From Camelus ferus (taxonomy: Eukaryota), in assembly GCF_009834535.1 (NCBI RefSeq), contig NC_045729.1, positions 17,112,001-17,176,000 on the forward strand: 64,000 bases of DNA. The letters run 5' to 3'. The position numbers and the translations under genes were made by a program. The first letter of the stretch is position 1, and every line of letters starts with the position of its first letter. This document shows, one piece after another, positions 10,743 through 21,539 of this stretch. The notes below the pieces were generated by a model. It searched no databases. It was not told the origin of the DNA and saw only the letters and a list, made by a program, of their open reading frames with translations.

Positions 10743-12409
10743 ATGAGACTGGGGGTCCTTGAACAGCCGACGCAGTTTATGAGACCCGACGCAGTTTATG
10801 AGACCAGCTCTGCGACACCTGAGGAGAGTCTGAGGGACATCTCTGGACAGGGGAGGAGGGCCCGTTGGCTGCTCAGACCTGAGCACGTGGACTTGGTGGC
10901 TGGCTGGGACCGTGGCTGCTCCTGATTGGATGCTCTGGTGAAAACCTTGTCAGCACGCCGTCCTCCGGGTGCACCTGTCACCCTGCGGCGTGTACCTCTG
11001 TCCGCGGTGGCCGGGAGCCCAGTGCGGCTCAGACAAGCCCTGCTGCCTGGCGCAGCTGTGTTCTCGCCTTCCGGGCTCTGTTTTCTTTATCCGCCCTGCG
11101 CTTGGGTTCTGCCACGCACTGTCTCCTTCTGCCGTCCCTCTTTCCCAACTCCCACTGCACCTCTAAAATCATGCCCCTCTCCTTCCACCTTCCACACCCG
11201 CCTCTCTGTCCTCTTGTCCTTTCTCCTCCCACAACACCCACCATCCTTGCCTGTTCTTGGCTGAACTGTGCCCTCTGCCTTGTGGGTGTGTGGACTGGAC
11301 CTCCATGTCCCCGTCCCTTCCCCGTGCAGCCCCCTCTTCCACCTGCCACCCCCTTTTCCTGTGAAGACTGTGGGCACTTTCCCTGGCCTGCTGAGGGGAG
11401 GGACTTCCTAGTCTCCTCTTGGAACTGAAAAATGGCCAAATCTACACTCCCAGGAAATCCTGCCTGATTTAAGCCTTTTTTTATTTCCCCTTTCTGACTG
11501 TCCCCACTCACATACATGCATCCTGCATTTACCATCTCTTTGTTCCTCTCCTATCCACCTGGGTCCACACCTCCCAGGAATTGTGCGTTTTTGAAAGCCC
11601 AATCAAAACTCACCTGTGAAACACTACTGATGGCCTCAGATGTCAGCAGCGTCCTTCCGAATGTGTGTGTGGCCAGGGACCATCCTGTCAGGGCTAAGCT
11701 CGGTCCTCAATGGCTTTCTTTACGTGCTCCCTGAAGACACAGAGTTCAGATAAGCTCACAGACTCCTAACCTCCCCTGCTAGTGGGGAGCCTTCAGTCCA
11801 CGTGCAGTGAACAGCGTGGGCCTTCTGTCCAGGGGCCCCGAACTGACCTGCTAGAGAGTCGTGGGAGAAACCCCCACGGCCCAGGGAGTGAATATCTGAG
11901 TGGTCATCACTCAACGTGGCAAGACGGAGGAAAGGGTGACATTGTAGTGGGTTTCTCACGTAACTAAGTTTATCCTTTAAAAACCTTTTCTGAATTTTGT
12001 TCTTTGATTGGGGGGGATTTTTTTGGAGTGGTGAGGAGAGTTAAAAGAGCTTTAATTTTAATGCAGGGATGAGACAGCTGATGATAACGTTTTGGTATTT
12101 TGTTAACATTGTTTAAAATACTTTGCAAAATAAGAAGTTGGTTACCCTATGTTGTCTCCCAGATTTGGGGGCATTTCTGTAAAAGAGTGGATCCTGCTGT
12201 CTGGAGGCTGCTGCCTTTCCCAGCGCGGACATGGACGAAGGCCTCCATCTAAGGCACTGGCGGGGAGGCCGTCGCTGAGCCCACCCCTCAAGTGAAAGCC
12301 GGAGCGCTGACTGGGAGCTGCGTGCTGGGGGGGAATGATGGCGCCATGTGGGATTCACATGCCTCTCAGGGAGCGCAGAAACCATCTGAACCGTCAGATG
12401 AAAATTTCA

Positions 12410-12730
12410 AATTGTGCTAAGTGTTATGAAGAGTGTGCGTGTTCTAGGAGACCCTGCTGATGAACGACATTTAAAGTGATTATTCAAGGCTTAGAAACAG
12501 CTATTCGTGCAGAGTGCGGGGAAGGGCACCCCAGGCAGAGGGAGCAGCATACACACAGGCCCTCAGGCTGGCGTGTCCGTGGTCGTAGACGATGACGGGA
12601 GTGGATTGTCAAGAACAAGGGGATGGTGTACGATCAGGTCAGAAAATTAAGCAAGAACCATGTCCGGCCTTGTAGAACATGGTGACATTGGATTTTATTC
12701 TAAATGCCTTTGGGAGCCATAGAGGGTCTT
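12410..12730 (-). mobile_element. L2 LINE remnant, left part of a split element
   Basis: Resembles antisense L2 text (ggattttattctaaatgcctttgggagccatagagggt). Boundaries approximate. Confidence 0.55.
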
Positions 12731-12734
12731 ATTT

Positions 12735-13085
12735 TTAGAACTTTTGTAAAATTAATTTTTTAATGAGGTGTAATTTATGTACCTCAGATGCACAGATATT
12801 AAATATATAGTTTGACAAAGTCTGATACACATATAAACTCATGTAACCACTGAAGTAGGTCTATGAAGGAATGCAGCTAGAAGGCTAATGGAGGAGGTAA
12901 AATAAAATACTAACAAACAAACAAACCCAAAGCCAAACACTCGATTAAACCAAAAGAAGACAGAAAACAATGAACAAGTAACAGAGAAGACGACAAATAC
13001 AATGAATAGCAAAATGGTGGATTTAAACCCAGCCATATCAACAATTACATTACACATAAGCAGGCATAACAGAATCCAATAAAAG
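12735..13085. mobile_element. Old L1M fragments: antisense 3'-UTR piece (about 12735-12850) and sense ORF1/ORF2 junction piece
   Basis: 13014-13082 translates MVDLNPAISTITLHISRHNRIQ*, a decayed L1 ORF2 endonuclease N-terminus. Confidence 0.65.
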
Positions 13086-13099
13086 TGAAAATGGTCAGT

Positions 13100-13590
13100 C
13101 CCCACCGTGGGATTCAGGGCCCAGACGCCGGCTTTCTGGTGGCGTGTGGCAGCGGCTGCCCACCTGTCGTTCTGTCCCGGGGCTGCTCATTGGCTCCTCT
13201 GAGCATGGATAATGCAGGGCTCAACCAGGGGTTGGGAGGGGATGTCTGTGCAGACTTGGGGCTCCCCCTTTCTGACTTTCTCTCTTCTGAGGTTGTCCCC
13301 TGTAGAGCCCAGCTCTTCTTGCAGTTTCAGCCTCTGTCCTCTGACTCCTCGGGCAGATACAGCTGTAATTTTCTGTTCCAGCTCCAGCTCTCAGGGAGGA
13401 GCCACTGAAACGTGATTCTTGTCCATATGGTTCCTTCTTTCGAGGATTAAACCACCTGTGGTTTATCCCTGATTCTGGCCATCCAGTGCCTTTAAACCAC
13501 TGTCTTAAATACTTCATCAAGGATTTATAGTTGTTATCTGCAGGAAGTCAGTCCAGTATAAGCTTCTCTGCCATTACTAGAACCAGGACT
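13100..13590. mobile_element. Possible MaLR (MLT1-type) LTR remnant
   Basis: The end (aggatttatagttgttatctgcagg...tataagcttctctgccattactagaa) resembles MLT1 LTR termini from memory. Confidence 0.35.
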
Positions 13591-14060
13591 CCCTGGATGG
13601 ATTTTAAGCAGGGGAGTAACATGACGTATTTTAAGAACGTAATTCTAGCGGGTATGTGGAGACCTACAGCAGGGGGGGGAAGAATGGAGGTGGGGAGACG
13701 GTTAAGACTACTACAGAGGCCACTGGGAGCTGATAGTTGCTTGGACCAGGCGATGACAGAGGACACTGCAATGACAAGCAGTGGATGAGTTCAAGATGCA
13801 TTTTTGGCAAGATTTGGTGATGAGTGGGGGGCGGGGGATGAGAAAAAGAGAGAAGCCAAGGATGACTCCTGGATTTCTCGTTTGAGCAACTGGGTAATGA
13901 AGCCACTTACCAAGACAGGTGAGACAAGAGAAGGAGGAGATGTGGAACGGAAAGTCAGGTTGCCTCTTGTATGTAAGTCTTGAGATGACAATAAGATAAA
14001 CAACTGTCAAGCAAATGGATCTGTAGGTCGAACCCGGGGGAGGTCTAGTTTAGCAGGACT
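13590..14060 (-). mobile_element. L2 LINE remnant, right part of the split element
   Basis: Resumes ggattttaagcagggga...ggatgactcctggatttct...gagcaactggg, typical antisense L2. Confidence 0.65.
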
Positions 14061-14268
14061 GGCTGCGAGAACTTGAGCAGGATGTGCACACGTGGAGGGA
14101 TGGAGTGCTCTTTAGGGGACCGGGGGCTGACAAAGGGTAATTAAGGTCAGATGTTGACTTTCTGGGTGAAACTGCGGGATAGGACGGATGAGGAGCTGGA
14201 CAAGGAAGCCTGCTTATGACTGGGATGTTCGGGGCAGGTTAACCAAGGCTGCTTTTCCCCCTGGACAG

Positions 14269-14367
14269 GGTTACAAGGAAGAGAAGCTGCAGGGGGAATG
14301 CTGTGGGAGATGTCTGTCTACGGCCTGCACCATCCAGCTCCAAGGGGGGCAGATCCTGACACTGAAG
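14269..14367 (+). CDS. VWF: VWF exon 48 (99 nt): [33 protein letters not shown]
   Basis: Acceptor gacAG at 14267-14268, donor AAG|GTGGGA. Confidence 0.98.
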
Positions 14368-15049
14368 GTGGGAGCAACTTGGACTCAGAAGCTCCCCCTC
14401 AGCTCGCCGTCTGGTTCTCTATCTGGGTATCTTTTCTTCAAGAAAGAGGGACAGAATTTGGGCCAATTTTGACCTCCTTTTGTGCCTGTTTCAGATTTTA
14501 TAATGGAAAGGTGGATAACCTTTAGAAGGTCCAGAATTTTCTCTTTGATTGAGTTATTTTGTCACTGTCCTTGACAAGAGTGCAGTTGGTGTAGGGCCCC
14601 ATGATGTGGGGTTGGTTGATCTTTCAGATTTTCTCCAGCCTTGAGTGTCTATGAGTGAGACAATCATGGTGACACAGACTCTGACCTATGAAAGCCAGAG
14701 TTGGCAGGTGGGGCTGGGGGGTGGCACTCAGATCACCTCTAGTTCAGTTACGGACTGGCCAGTTTACCGTCGCAACGTCTTAGTTCTTTAAGTTTTAAGT
14801 GATCAGAAGAGTTCAGGGAGTTTTCTACATTTATGCAGCCCTGTTCCCAGTAAAAAAGCTATAAAAGCAGACTCCACCTCTATTTCGGGTTCTGGGAGTG
14901 GAGACTTTGTACACACTGCTTCATTCTTGTTCCATATCCTCCAAATTGTCTCAAGAACTCCAAAGAGTCGAGGTCACGGTTTGAAGTAGCTTTGCAACCC
15001 AAGCACCGTCTTCACATTAGCTGTACCCCGTCCCCCTCTCTCCTTTCAG

Positions 15050-15178
15050 CCTGGTGAGACATTGCAGGATGGCTGTGACAGTCACTTCTGCAGGGTCAAC
15101 GAGAGAGGACAGTACACTTGGGAGAAGAGGGTCATGGGCTGCCTGCCCTTTGATGAACACAGATGTCTGGCCGAGGGG
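15050..15178 (+). CDS. VWF: VWF exon 49 (129 nt): [43 protein letters not shown]
   Basis: Acceptor cctttcAG at 15048-15049, donor GGG|GTGAGT. Confidence 0.98.
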
Positions 15179-15693
15179 GTGAGTGGTCGGAGTTCAGGCC
15201 CTGTTTCCTCTAGACTGTCTCCATCTCTGACTCTAAGAACAGGGTCCCTCTGAACAGCAGTCCAGCTTGGATGTGACTTCCCAGTGTCCAAGGAGAACCC
15301 TGACATAGTTTAAAAACCAATATTACAAAACCAAAGCCAGATGGACAGACAAGATTCTCTGTACCATATGATGCTTTAAGAAAACATCTTTCCTTCGGGG
15401 GAGACGGAATCTGTGAGTCCTTGAATGAGAAGGTGAGAGGTCAGACAGATTTCCAGGCTCCCCTGGGAATGATGATCCCAGTTCTGGAAGAGAATTTGGA
15501 ATAGAATAAGAACTGTGTCCGCCTGGTCAGGTGGAGCTGGCGGGCTGCTCACGTTGGTGGTGGGAGAGCCAGTTCATGCCTGGGGACTTCAGCTCAGGGC
15601 TGCGAGCCCAGAGCCAGGAACTGAGCTGGAGTGACTGGGAAGTGTCCACCGTGTACTCTTTGTGTCTGATCTGGAACTTTGCTGTTTTCTTAG

Positions 15694-15733
15694 GGGAAAA
15701 TCGTGAAAATTGCAGGCACGTGTTGTGACACAT
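15694..15733 (+). CDS. VWF: VWF exon 50 (40 nt): GKIVKIAGTCCDT(C)
   Basis: Acceptor ttttcttAG at 15692-15693, phase-1 donor T|GTAAGT. Homologous to human GKIMKIPGTCCDTC. Confidence 0.97.
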
Positions 15734-17596
15734 GTAAGTATGTTACCAAAATCTTGTTCTTTGAAATCCATCAGACCAAGTCCACTGTTCTTTGGAGTGA
15801 GCTTTATTCTAGAAAGATGCTGCAGTCACCATGTTCAGTTCTGCAGGGAACTGACCCCCCTCCCTGAGTTTCCTCGGCTGCCCCCTCCTCAAACCCCCTT
15901 TCAAATGCCTGTAAAGGAAGCTCTTCCTCTTTTCTTCCAAACTCCTGACAATCGCCAGCTCCTCACAGAGTCTTGGGTTGCTCATGGTCCCATCATGAGA
16001 AGGCATCTTCTCTCTTCCCTGGGAGCTCCTTGAAGACAGGAGCAGACCCTGACACACATCTGTTCTTTGGGTGTTGGGCAGTGGTCTTAGATAGAGATGG
16101 CGGCAGCAGCTGGCGGTGGGGCTGCAGGAAGCACGCAGTCTTCTCAAGGGTTTATGAGGCTGGTCTAAGCTTTATGACCCTCCTCCTCGTCCCTCTCGGC
16201 TCCTCCCGACCGTGAGTTGCACTGGTTGGTCCTCGTGGCTCCCACAGCATCTCTGGAGACGGAGCTCAAGTCTGCACGTCAGACAGAGTTCTTACCACGT
16301 GTTCCTGTGGTTGTGAGCACAGGTGGCTTTCAGAATCCCAGTGTTAGTGCTATATTCTCTGACGACAGAATTACTTGCCTGGACTAACGTTCTTTGCTTT
16401 TTAGTTTAGTTAGTTAGTTTTCGTTTTGGGGTTCATGGGCCCACGTTCCCTGTTCATTTTTGGGTAGAGAAAGGAAGAGGGCAAACACGAGCAGCTTCTG
16501 TGTTCAGTCATTCGTTCTTCTCCTGGTGGCCTCCTCGGACAGTCCCTGTGGTCGCTGTAACCAAATTGCAGACTGAGGAAACACACTCTGAAAGCATCTC
16601 CTTCGGTGATTCCTGGCTGCATAGTTTAAGAAGGTGAAGTCAGGAAACCGTCGGAGAAGATGAGTTCCCTTTAGGCACGCTGCACGTGGGAAGTGGCTGA
16701 GACTGTTACCTGCAAAGCTGGCAGCAAGGCCAAAAGGGGCCTCTGCTGGTTGGGGCTTCCAGGAGCGGAGGCCCCCTCTTAAGGAGCACAAGCCCGGCTC
16801 AGGCTTCAGCCTGCAGCGGAAGAACAGAGGGAATAAATACGCTTCCCTTATTCACCCTCTTCATGTAGTTGGTAGCCTTCCACTTTAAAATGAAATTATT
16901 TGGAAGGTGGGAGGCCAGCTGATATGTAGTTGAGGTTGATTTTGATTTGGAGCCATCCAAGAATGGAAACCTCCTGGTGCTCGGATGGCGAATGGTGAGC
17001 TGACATTAAATCTTAGAATTATCAGTGGGCCAAGTAGAAACTCAGATCTGAATGCCACTAACCTGGGTATGTAAGGAAACCCATGCCAGCGACCTGGAGA
17101 CAGCTATATCCGAAGGAAGGACCCCATGAGGGCTCCTAGGATCTTCTCAGCCCCCGCAGGGGCAGTGAGTGCCCTATTGTGGCCATGACATCTGCAGAGA
17201 TGCATAGATATTAACTGTATTTATTGGCTCCTTCATTGCCCATTAGTTTCTGCAGAGTTGTAAGCACAAAAGGATTGCTCTAGTCATTATGGTTTTTAGA
17301 GTCCATGATTATATAAAAGCAAGTTTTATCCACTGACATCACCAAAGCACAGAGAATCTAGGCTCCTCTTGCAATGAAAATTGTACCGTTCAGTGAGTTA
17401 AGCCCAGCGATAACTGTAACTCTGAGTAGGAAGGGCCAGGAGAAGCTGAGGGGAACCCGGATGCCGACTTTCCCTCCCGGTAGCTGGCTGTGATGATTTG
17501 GGCACTGTGAAATTGACCTGTTTCCAGTAACTGAGGGAACTGGGCTAGAGAGTGTTGTATGGAAGAACAGGTTCCCCTCTCTCACCTGTCCTGCAG

Positions 17597-17694
17597 GCGA
17601 GGAGCCCGAGTGCAAGGACATCGCCGCCAGGGTGCAGTACATCAGGGTGGGGGACTGTCAGTCTGAAGAGGAAGTGGACATTCACTACTGCCAG
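17597..17694 (+). CDS. VWF: VWF exon 51 (98 nt), start of the cystine knot: (C)[32 protein letters not shown]
   Basis: Acceptor ctgcAG at 17595-17596, phase-0 donor CAG|GTAAGG. Confidence 0.98.
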
Positions 17695-18213
17695 GTAAGG
17701 GGGCCTGGCTGGGGAGGGGCGCGTCTCCATGTTTGGACACGCCTCATTAGTTACACTGTGGAAGAACCCAGACAGTTCATGGGGAGGAGGAGTGAAAGGA
17801 ATGGGAGGCTTAAAAAAAAATTTTTTTTTTAAGGAAATGTTTTATTGAAGTAACTGGGAACTTTTGACCCCAGGAGGGGAAAAAAACTAAGGAAAGATTA
17901 GTTTTTGAGTCCTTTGAAGTCCTTTGAAGAGAATGGGGAGTTAGTTACGGAGCTTGTATTTCCTGAAGGTCAACCAGACATGCCTAGGTTGCAGCTGGAG
18001 GGGTTCTGGTGTCAGAAGACCACAGGAGGGGCATTTCAGACCCCACCCCTCCCCTCCCCGGGGGCTCCTGTCGCACGGGTTGCTCTGGGCGAGGCAAGGC
18101 CCGCTGGCGGCCGGGGTGGGGGGGGGGGCAGGTGGAGGAAGCGGGCCGCCCCAGAGTCCTGCCCGCCCTGGGGCTGCCCAGCACCGCAGCGGCCCCTCTC
18201 TGCCCCGTCGTAG

Positions 18214-18402
18214 GGCAAGTGCACCAGCAAAGCTGTATACTCCATCGAAGCGGAGGACGTGCAGGACCAGTGCTCCTGCTGCTCGCCCGCGCGGACCGAG
18301 CCCATGCCGGTGCCCCTGCGCTGCACCAACGGCTCCATCGTCCACCATGAGATCCTCAACGCCATGCAGTGCACATGCTCCCCCAGGAAATGCAGCAAGT
18401 GA
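18214..18402 (+). CDS. VWF: VWF exon 52 coding part, CK dimerisation domain and stop: [62 protein letters not shown]
   Basis: Acceptor cgtAG at 18212-18213, TGA at 18400-18402. All 11 CK cysteines present, including the inter-chain CSCC (18271-18282) and the penultimate Cys. NGS sequon (human N2790) retained. Confidence 0.99.
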   Translation, partial: GKCTSKAVYSIEAEDVQDQCSCCSPARTEPMPVPLRCTNGSIVHHEILNAMQCTCSPRKCSK

Positions 18403-18535
18403 GGCCCTGCCTCGCCCTGGACACCCGCAGCCATCCGCCTCGGCAACCACCAGTTGGCGCTCGCGCGCTCTGCTCTCGTGCTCCCCGCACCCCCACCTCG
18501 GGCCCACAATAAAGGCCAATCTCTCATCTTGACAA
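18403..18535 (+). other. VWF: VWF 3' UTR (about 130 nt; 3' end approximate)
   Basis: Sequence between the stop codon and the expected cleavage site about 20 nt after AATAAA. Confidence 0.8.
18508..18513 (+). terminator. VWF: VWF polyadenylation signal AATAAA
   Basis: First AATAAA after the stop. Context AATAAAGGCCAATCTCTCATCTTG resembles the recalled human VWF mRNA end. Confidence 0.9.
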
Positions 18536-19699
18536 AGGCTCACGGTTCCCCGTGTCTTCCAGGCTCAGAAGGCCGTTGTCGGCCGGGCTTGAGTTCCGAG
18601 GCTGGTGCTGAGGGAGGGAGCACGGCTCCATCTCTCTGGAAACACTCCAGGCCAGATGGCTGCAGGTGGCACTGCCAACCTCTTGGGGGAAAAAGTGGCA
18701 TCTCAGCCTCCACTGAGTAGGGAGGGGACACTGAGGTCCAGGCCTCAGAAGCCCAGCCCAGTGGCCTGAAGGAGAAGGGATTTGCTGAGGAACACTGGGG
18801 TCTCCAGTCTCTGAATCCAGGGGCTTCTGAGCAGAGCAGAGGGGTGGCCCTGGGGCCAAGCTGTCAACAGTGTGGCTGACGTGGTGGGGAAGGAGCCCCA
18901 CCAGGTGTGCAAGGGTTTCTCTGAGCCCTTGGCTGACCGAATTCCTGTGTTCCCACAGTGGCCCCGTGGGAGGGAGAGGTGCTGGGGGCGGGGGACTGGA
19001 AATGCATGGTCCCACCCAGCACAGGCTCAGCCAAGGGGGGAGCACCAGGCTCGGGGGCAGGCCTGGGTTCCACACACAGTCCTCGCTCTACTCTGTGGCC
19101 TCAGCAGACCCCTTAGTGGTTCTGACTCAGTTTCCTCAACTGGAAAAGAGGACCATCAGGAACACTCATGTGGTTGGGAGGGGGAAACACGCCGAGAGTG
19201 CCTGTGAATTGCTCTACAATAATAGAAAAAAAGGGCAAGAATAAAAATGGGAAAATCAAGACTCAAAGAGGGACTAAGTGTGTTTATCACAGTAGCAGAG
19301 CATTGGGGGTTTCCTTTGTTGTAGGGGTGAAGGATCTGCGTTTCTTTTGGGCTGGATGCTGGAGGCCAAGGCCCTGTCCACTCCAGAACCCTGTGGTGGA
19401 TGGGGAAGAGGTGTAGTTAGTGCCAGCCTTCACCGGGTCCCCAAATCACTCATGGCTGCTGTCACTCTCAAGGAGAGATAGTCCTTTCTTAAAACTTTAT
19501 GAAGAAGCTTACATGTATATGCTGGCAAGATGGCAGAGACCTGAGGTGGGGAGAGAACACCCACGGGAATAAAAGCAACACCCTGGATATGAGGCAGGGA
19601 TTTGTTGGGGGATTGACTTTCATTCCAGATCCTTTTAACCCAGGAGAGACTAAACTCATTAGAAGGGCTGCACGATGGAGCTGGAAAGGATGTAGACAC

Positions 19700-19815
19700 T
19701 ATCCAACGCACCGCCCCCTCCTGCCCCTTTACAGAGGACGAAAGTAGCTCAGAGAACTCCAGCAACTTGCCAGAGGTCACATAGCTGCAGGTGCAGGGCC
19801 AGGTTCAGCAGCCAA
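19700..19815 (-). mobile_element. MIR remnant
   Basis: cccctttacagagga...aacttgccagaggtcacatagct, antisense MIR core. Confidence 0.55.
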
Positions 19816-20779
19816 GTGCCTGGACACCTGGGCAAGAGCTCCAGCGCAGGTCCACCAGAGCCTCACGTCCCTGTTCTGACAGATTCGGTCCTTGTTCTCA
19901 GGGAAACCAGTGATAGCTGCATTTCTAGGTCTCCCTGCTTCTGGCATGGCTGGGGAAGAACTTCCATGGAAGAACTTCCATTTGCGTTTCAGGCAAATGG
20001 CATGGGCTGTGCTGAGCAGTTTTGGTGGGGCGTTTTGCAGGGTACGGGGCAGGAAGAATGGATAGAAGTTTTATGTAACTGCTCAGTAATTCAGAGGTTG
20101 TCATCCTCCATCCATCACCCCACCTCCAACTCTGAGTAGCCTCTAAGGTCTCTGTAGGAAACCAGATCCAGGGCCAGGGAATTACCTGTCTCTTCGGACT
20201 GATCACCTAACACTCCGCCTGGGGACGGGGTGCTCCTGGAGGCATCAGCCTCAGAGAAACTCAGCAGGGAGGCTACCGCTTCAGCAGGAGGTGTCAATTT
20301 TCCAGCTGCCTCCATGGTCTGAGTTCTCATTTTGACCGATAAGATGATTTACTATCAAGAAAAAAGCTGAATCAAAACCTGCATGTTTTGATTAAAAAAG
20401 ATGGCAGGGAGCAGGGTAAAAAGGATGCAGCAGAAGCTGGGAGTGGGGTCTAAGCCAGCAGCTGCCCCACCCTCTGCGGGCATTCCAGGGCGGGTCTGCC
20501 TCTGGTCTCAGGGACTCTGTTTTTGGTCACTCTCAGACCAGATTAGACAGTCCCCCAGAGTGAGAGTCTCAGGGATAGTCTCCAGGAGGGTGTGTGTGGA
20601 GACCAGGGGACCAAGAAAGTGCTGGAGGGAGAGAAGAGAGGAAATGGATAAGGAGTGGCAAGTGGAAAGGTTTCTGATCCTCTTGGCATTGAAAAGACAG
20701 GAGAAGGGTTCCTGGAAGTTAATGGAGAAGGGCGTTGCTTGGGAGAGAAAGGAGCTGGTAGCCAAGCCAAGCGTTAGAG

Positions 20780-20905
20780 CATGACCCTGGAGCAGGCATA
20801 GCCCTCAGGGGCAGGCTGCCTGACCGATTACACTGCAGTCTCCTCGTCTGTAAAATGGGCACATGGACAGTAACTCCCCCGTAGAACTGTTGTTAGAATG
20901 AAACA
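20780..20905 (+). mobile_element. MIR remnant
   Basis: cagtctcctcgtctgtaaaatggg...gttgttagaatgaaa, MIR core. Confidence 0.55.
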
Positions 20906-21539
20906 GTTCCTCTGCAGAAGGCCCTGAGAAGGGTGCCGAGGAGGAGGAAGTCATGTATCCGCATCGGCCCTGGTGACTCCTGGTGGCCAGAAGGCCGCCC
21001 CAGACTGGCACACACTGCTTTGGTTTTCCTTCTGCCCTGCCCCTGACTCATGCTGTGTTGTTGCCTCAGGTTCCTCATCTATCCAGTGGGGAGCAGTCCC
21101 CACCAGCCCCCCCTTATCCGTGTGGGAGATAGCCTTCTTCACATGAAAGCACACGGTCATACATAGCCTACTCGACATACATTGTTAACACAGTTCCTTT
21201 CCATTTCCGGGTTCCTGGTATTGCTACGCTTCAGGGCATCCGGGAACTGTAGATTCTGCTACCCAGAATGGCCAGTTGGAGGCCTCCTCTTCCCGCCCCC
21301 CTGCCCACAGCCGGGTACCAGACCCACTCCAGGGAGACGCACTCCTCTTGTTCCAGGGATGGAGTTGCCATAATCTGCCTCCTCAAGCAGTCCTCCCTCT
21401 CCCCGGGGAAGCTTTTCTAAAATTTGCCCCTCCCCCTGCCTCTTGCAGCCCCTCCTCCCGCCCTACCTGTCTCCGGTGCAGGATTCCTCCACTCCTGCTC
21501 CTTTCATTCTGGAGAAAAGTGGGGACAGCTGGTGGCGGG

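Noticed and set aside
10767-10804. Direct repeats that could suggest a CRISPR-like array
   Set aside because: Only two adjacent copies, no spacers, eukaryotic intron, no cas genes.
16560-16830. Several GGAA (ETS) cores and a CACGTG in VWF intron 50
   Set aside because: Short motifs at a density I cannot distinguish from background without conservation or chromatin data.
1-18402. Possibility that this is a VWF pseudogene
   Set aside because: All exons are in frame with canonical splice sites, conserved cysteines, the proper stop and polyA signal, and ANO2 synteny.
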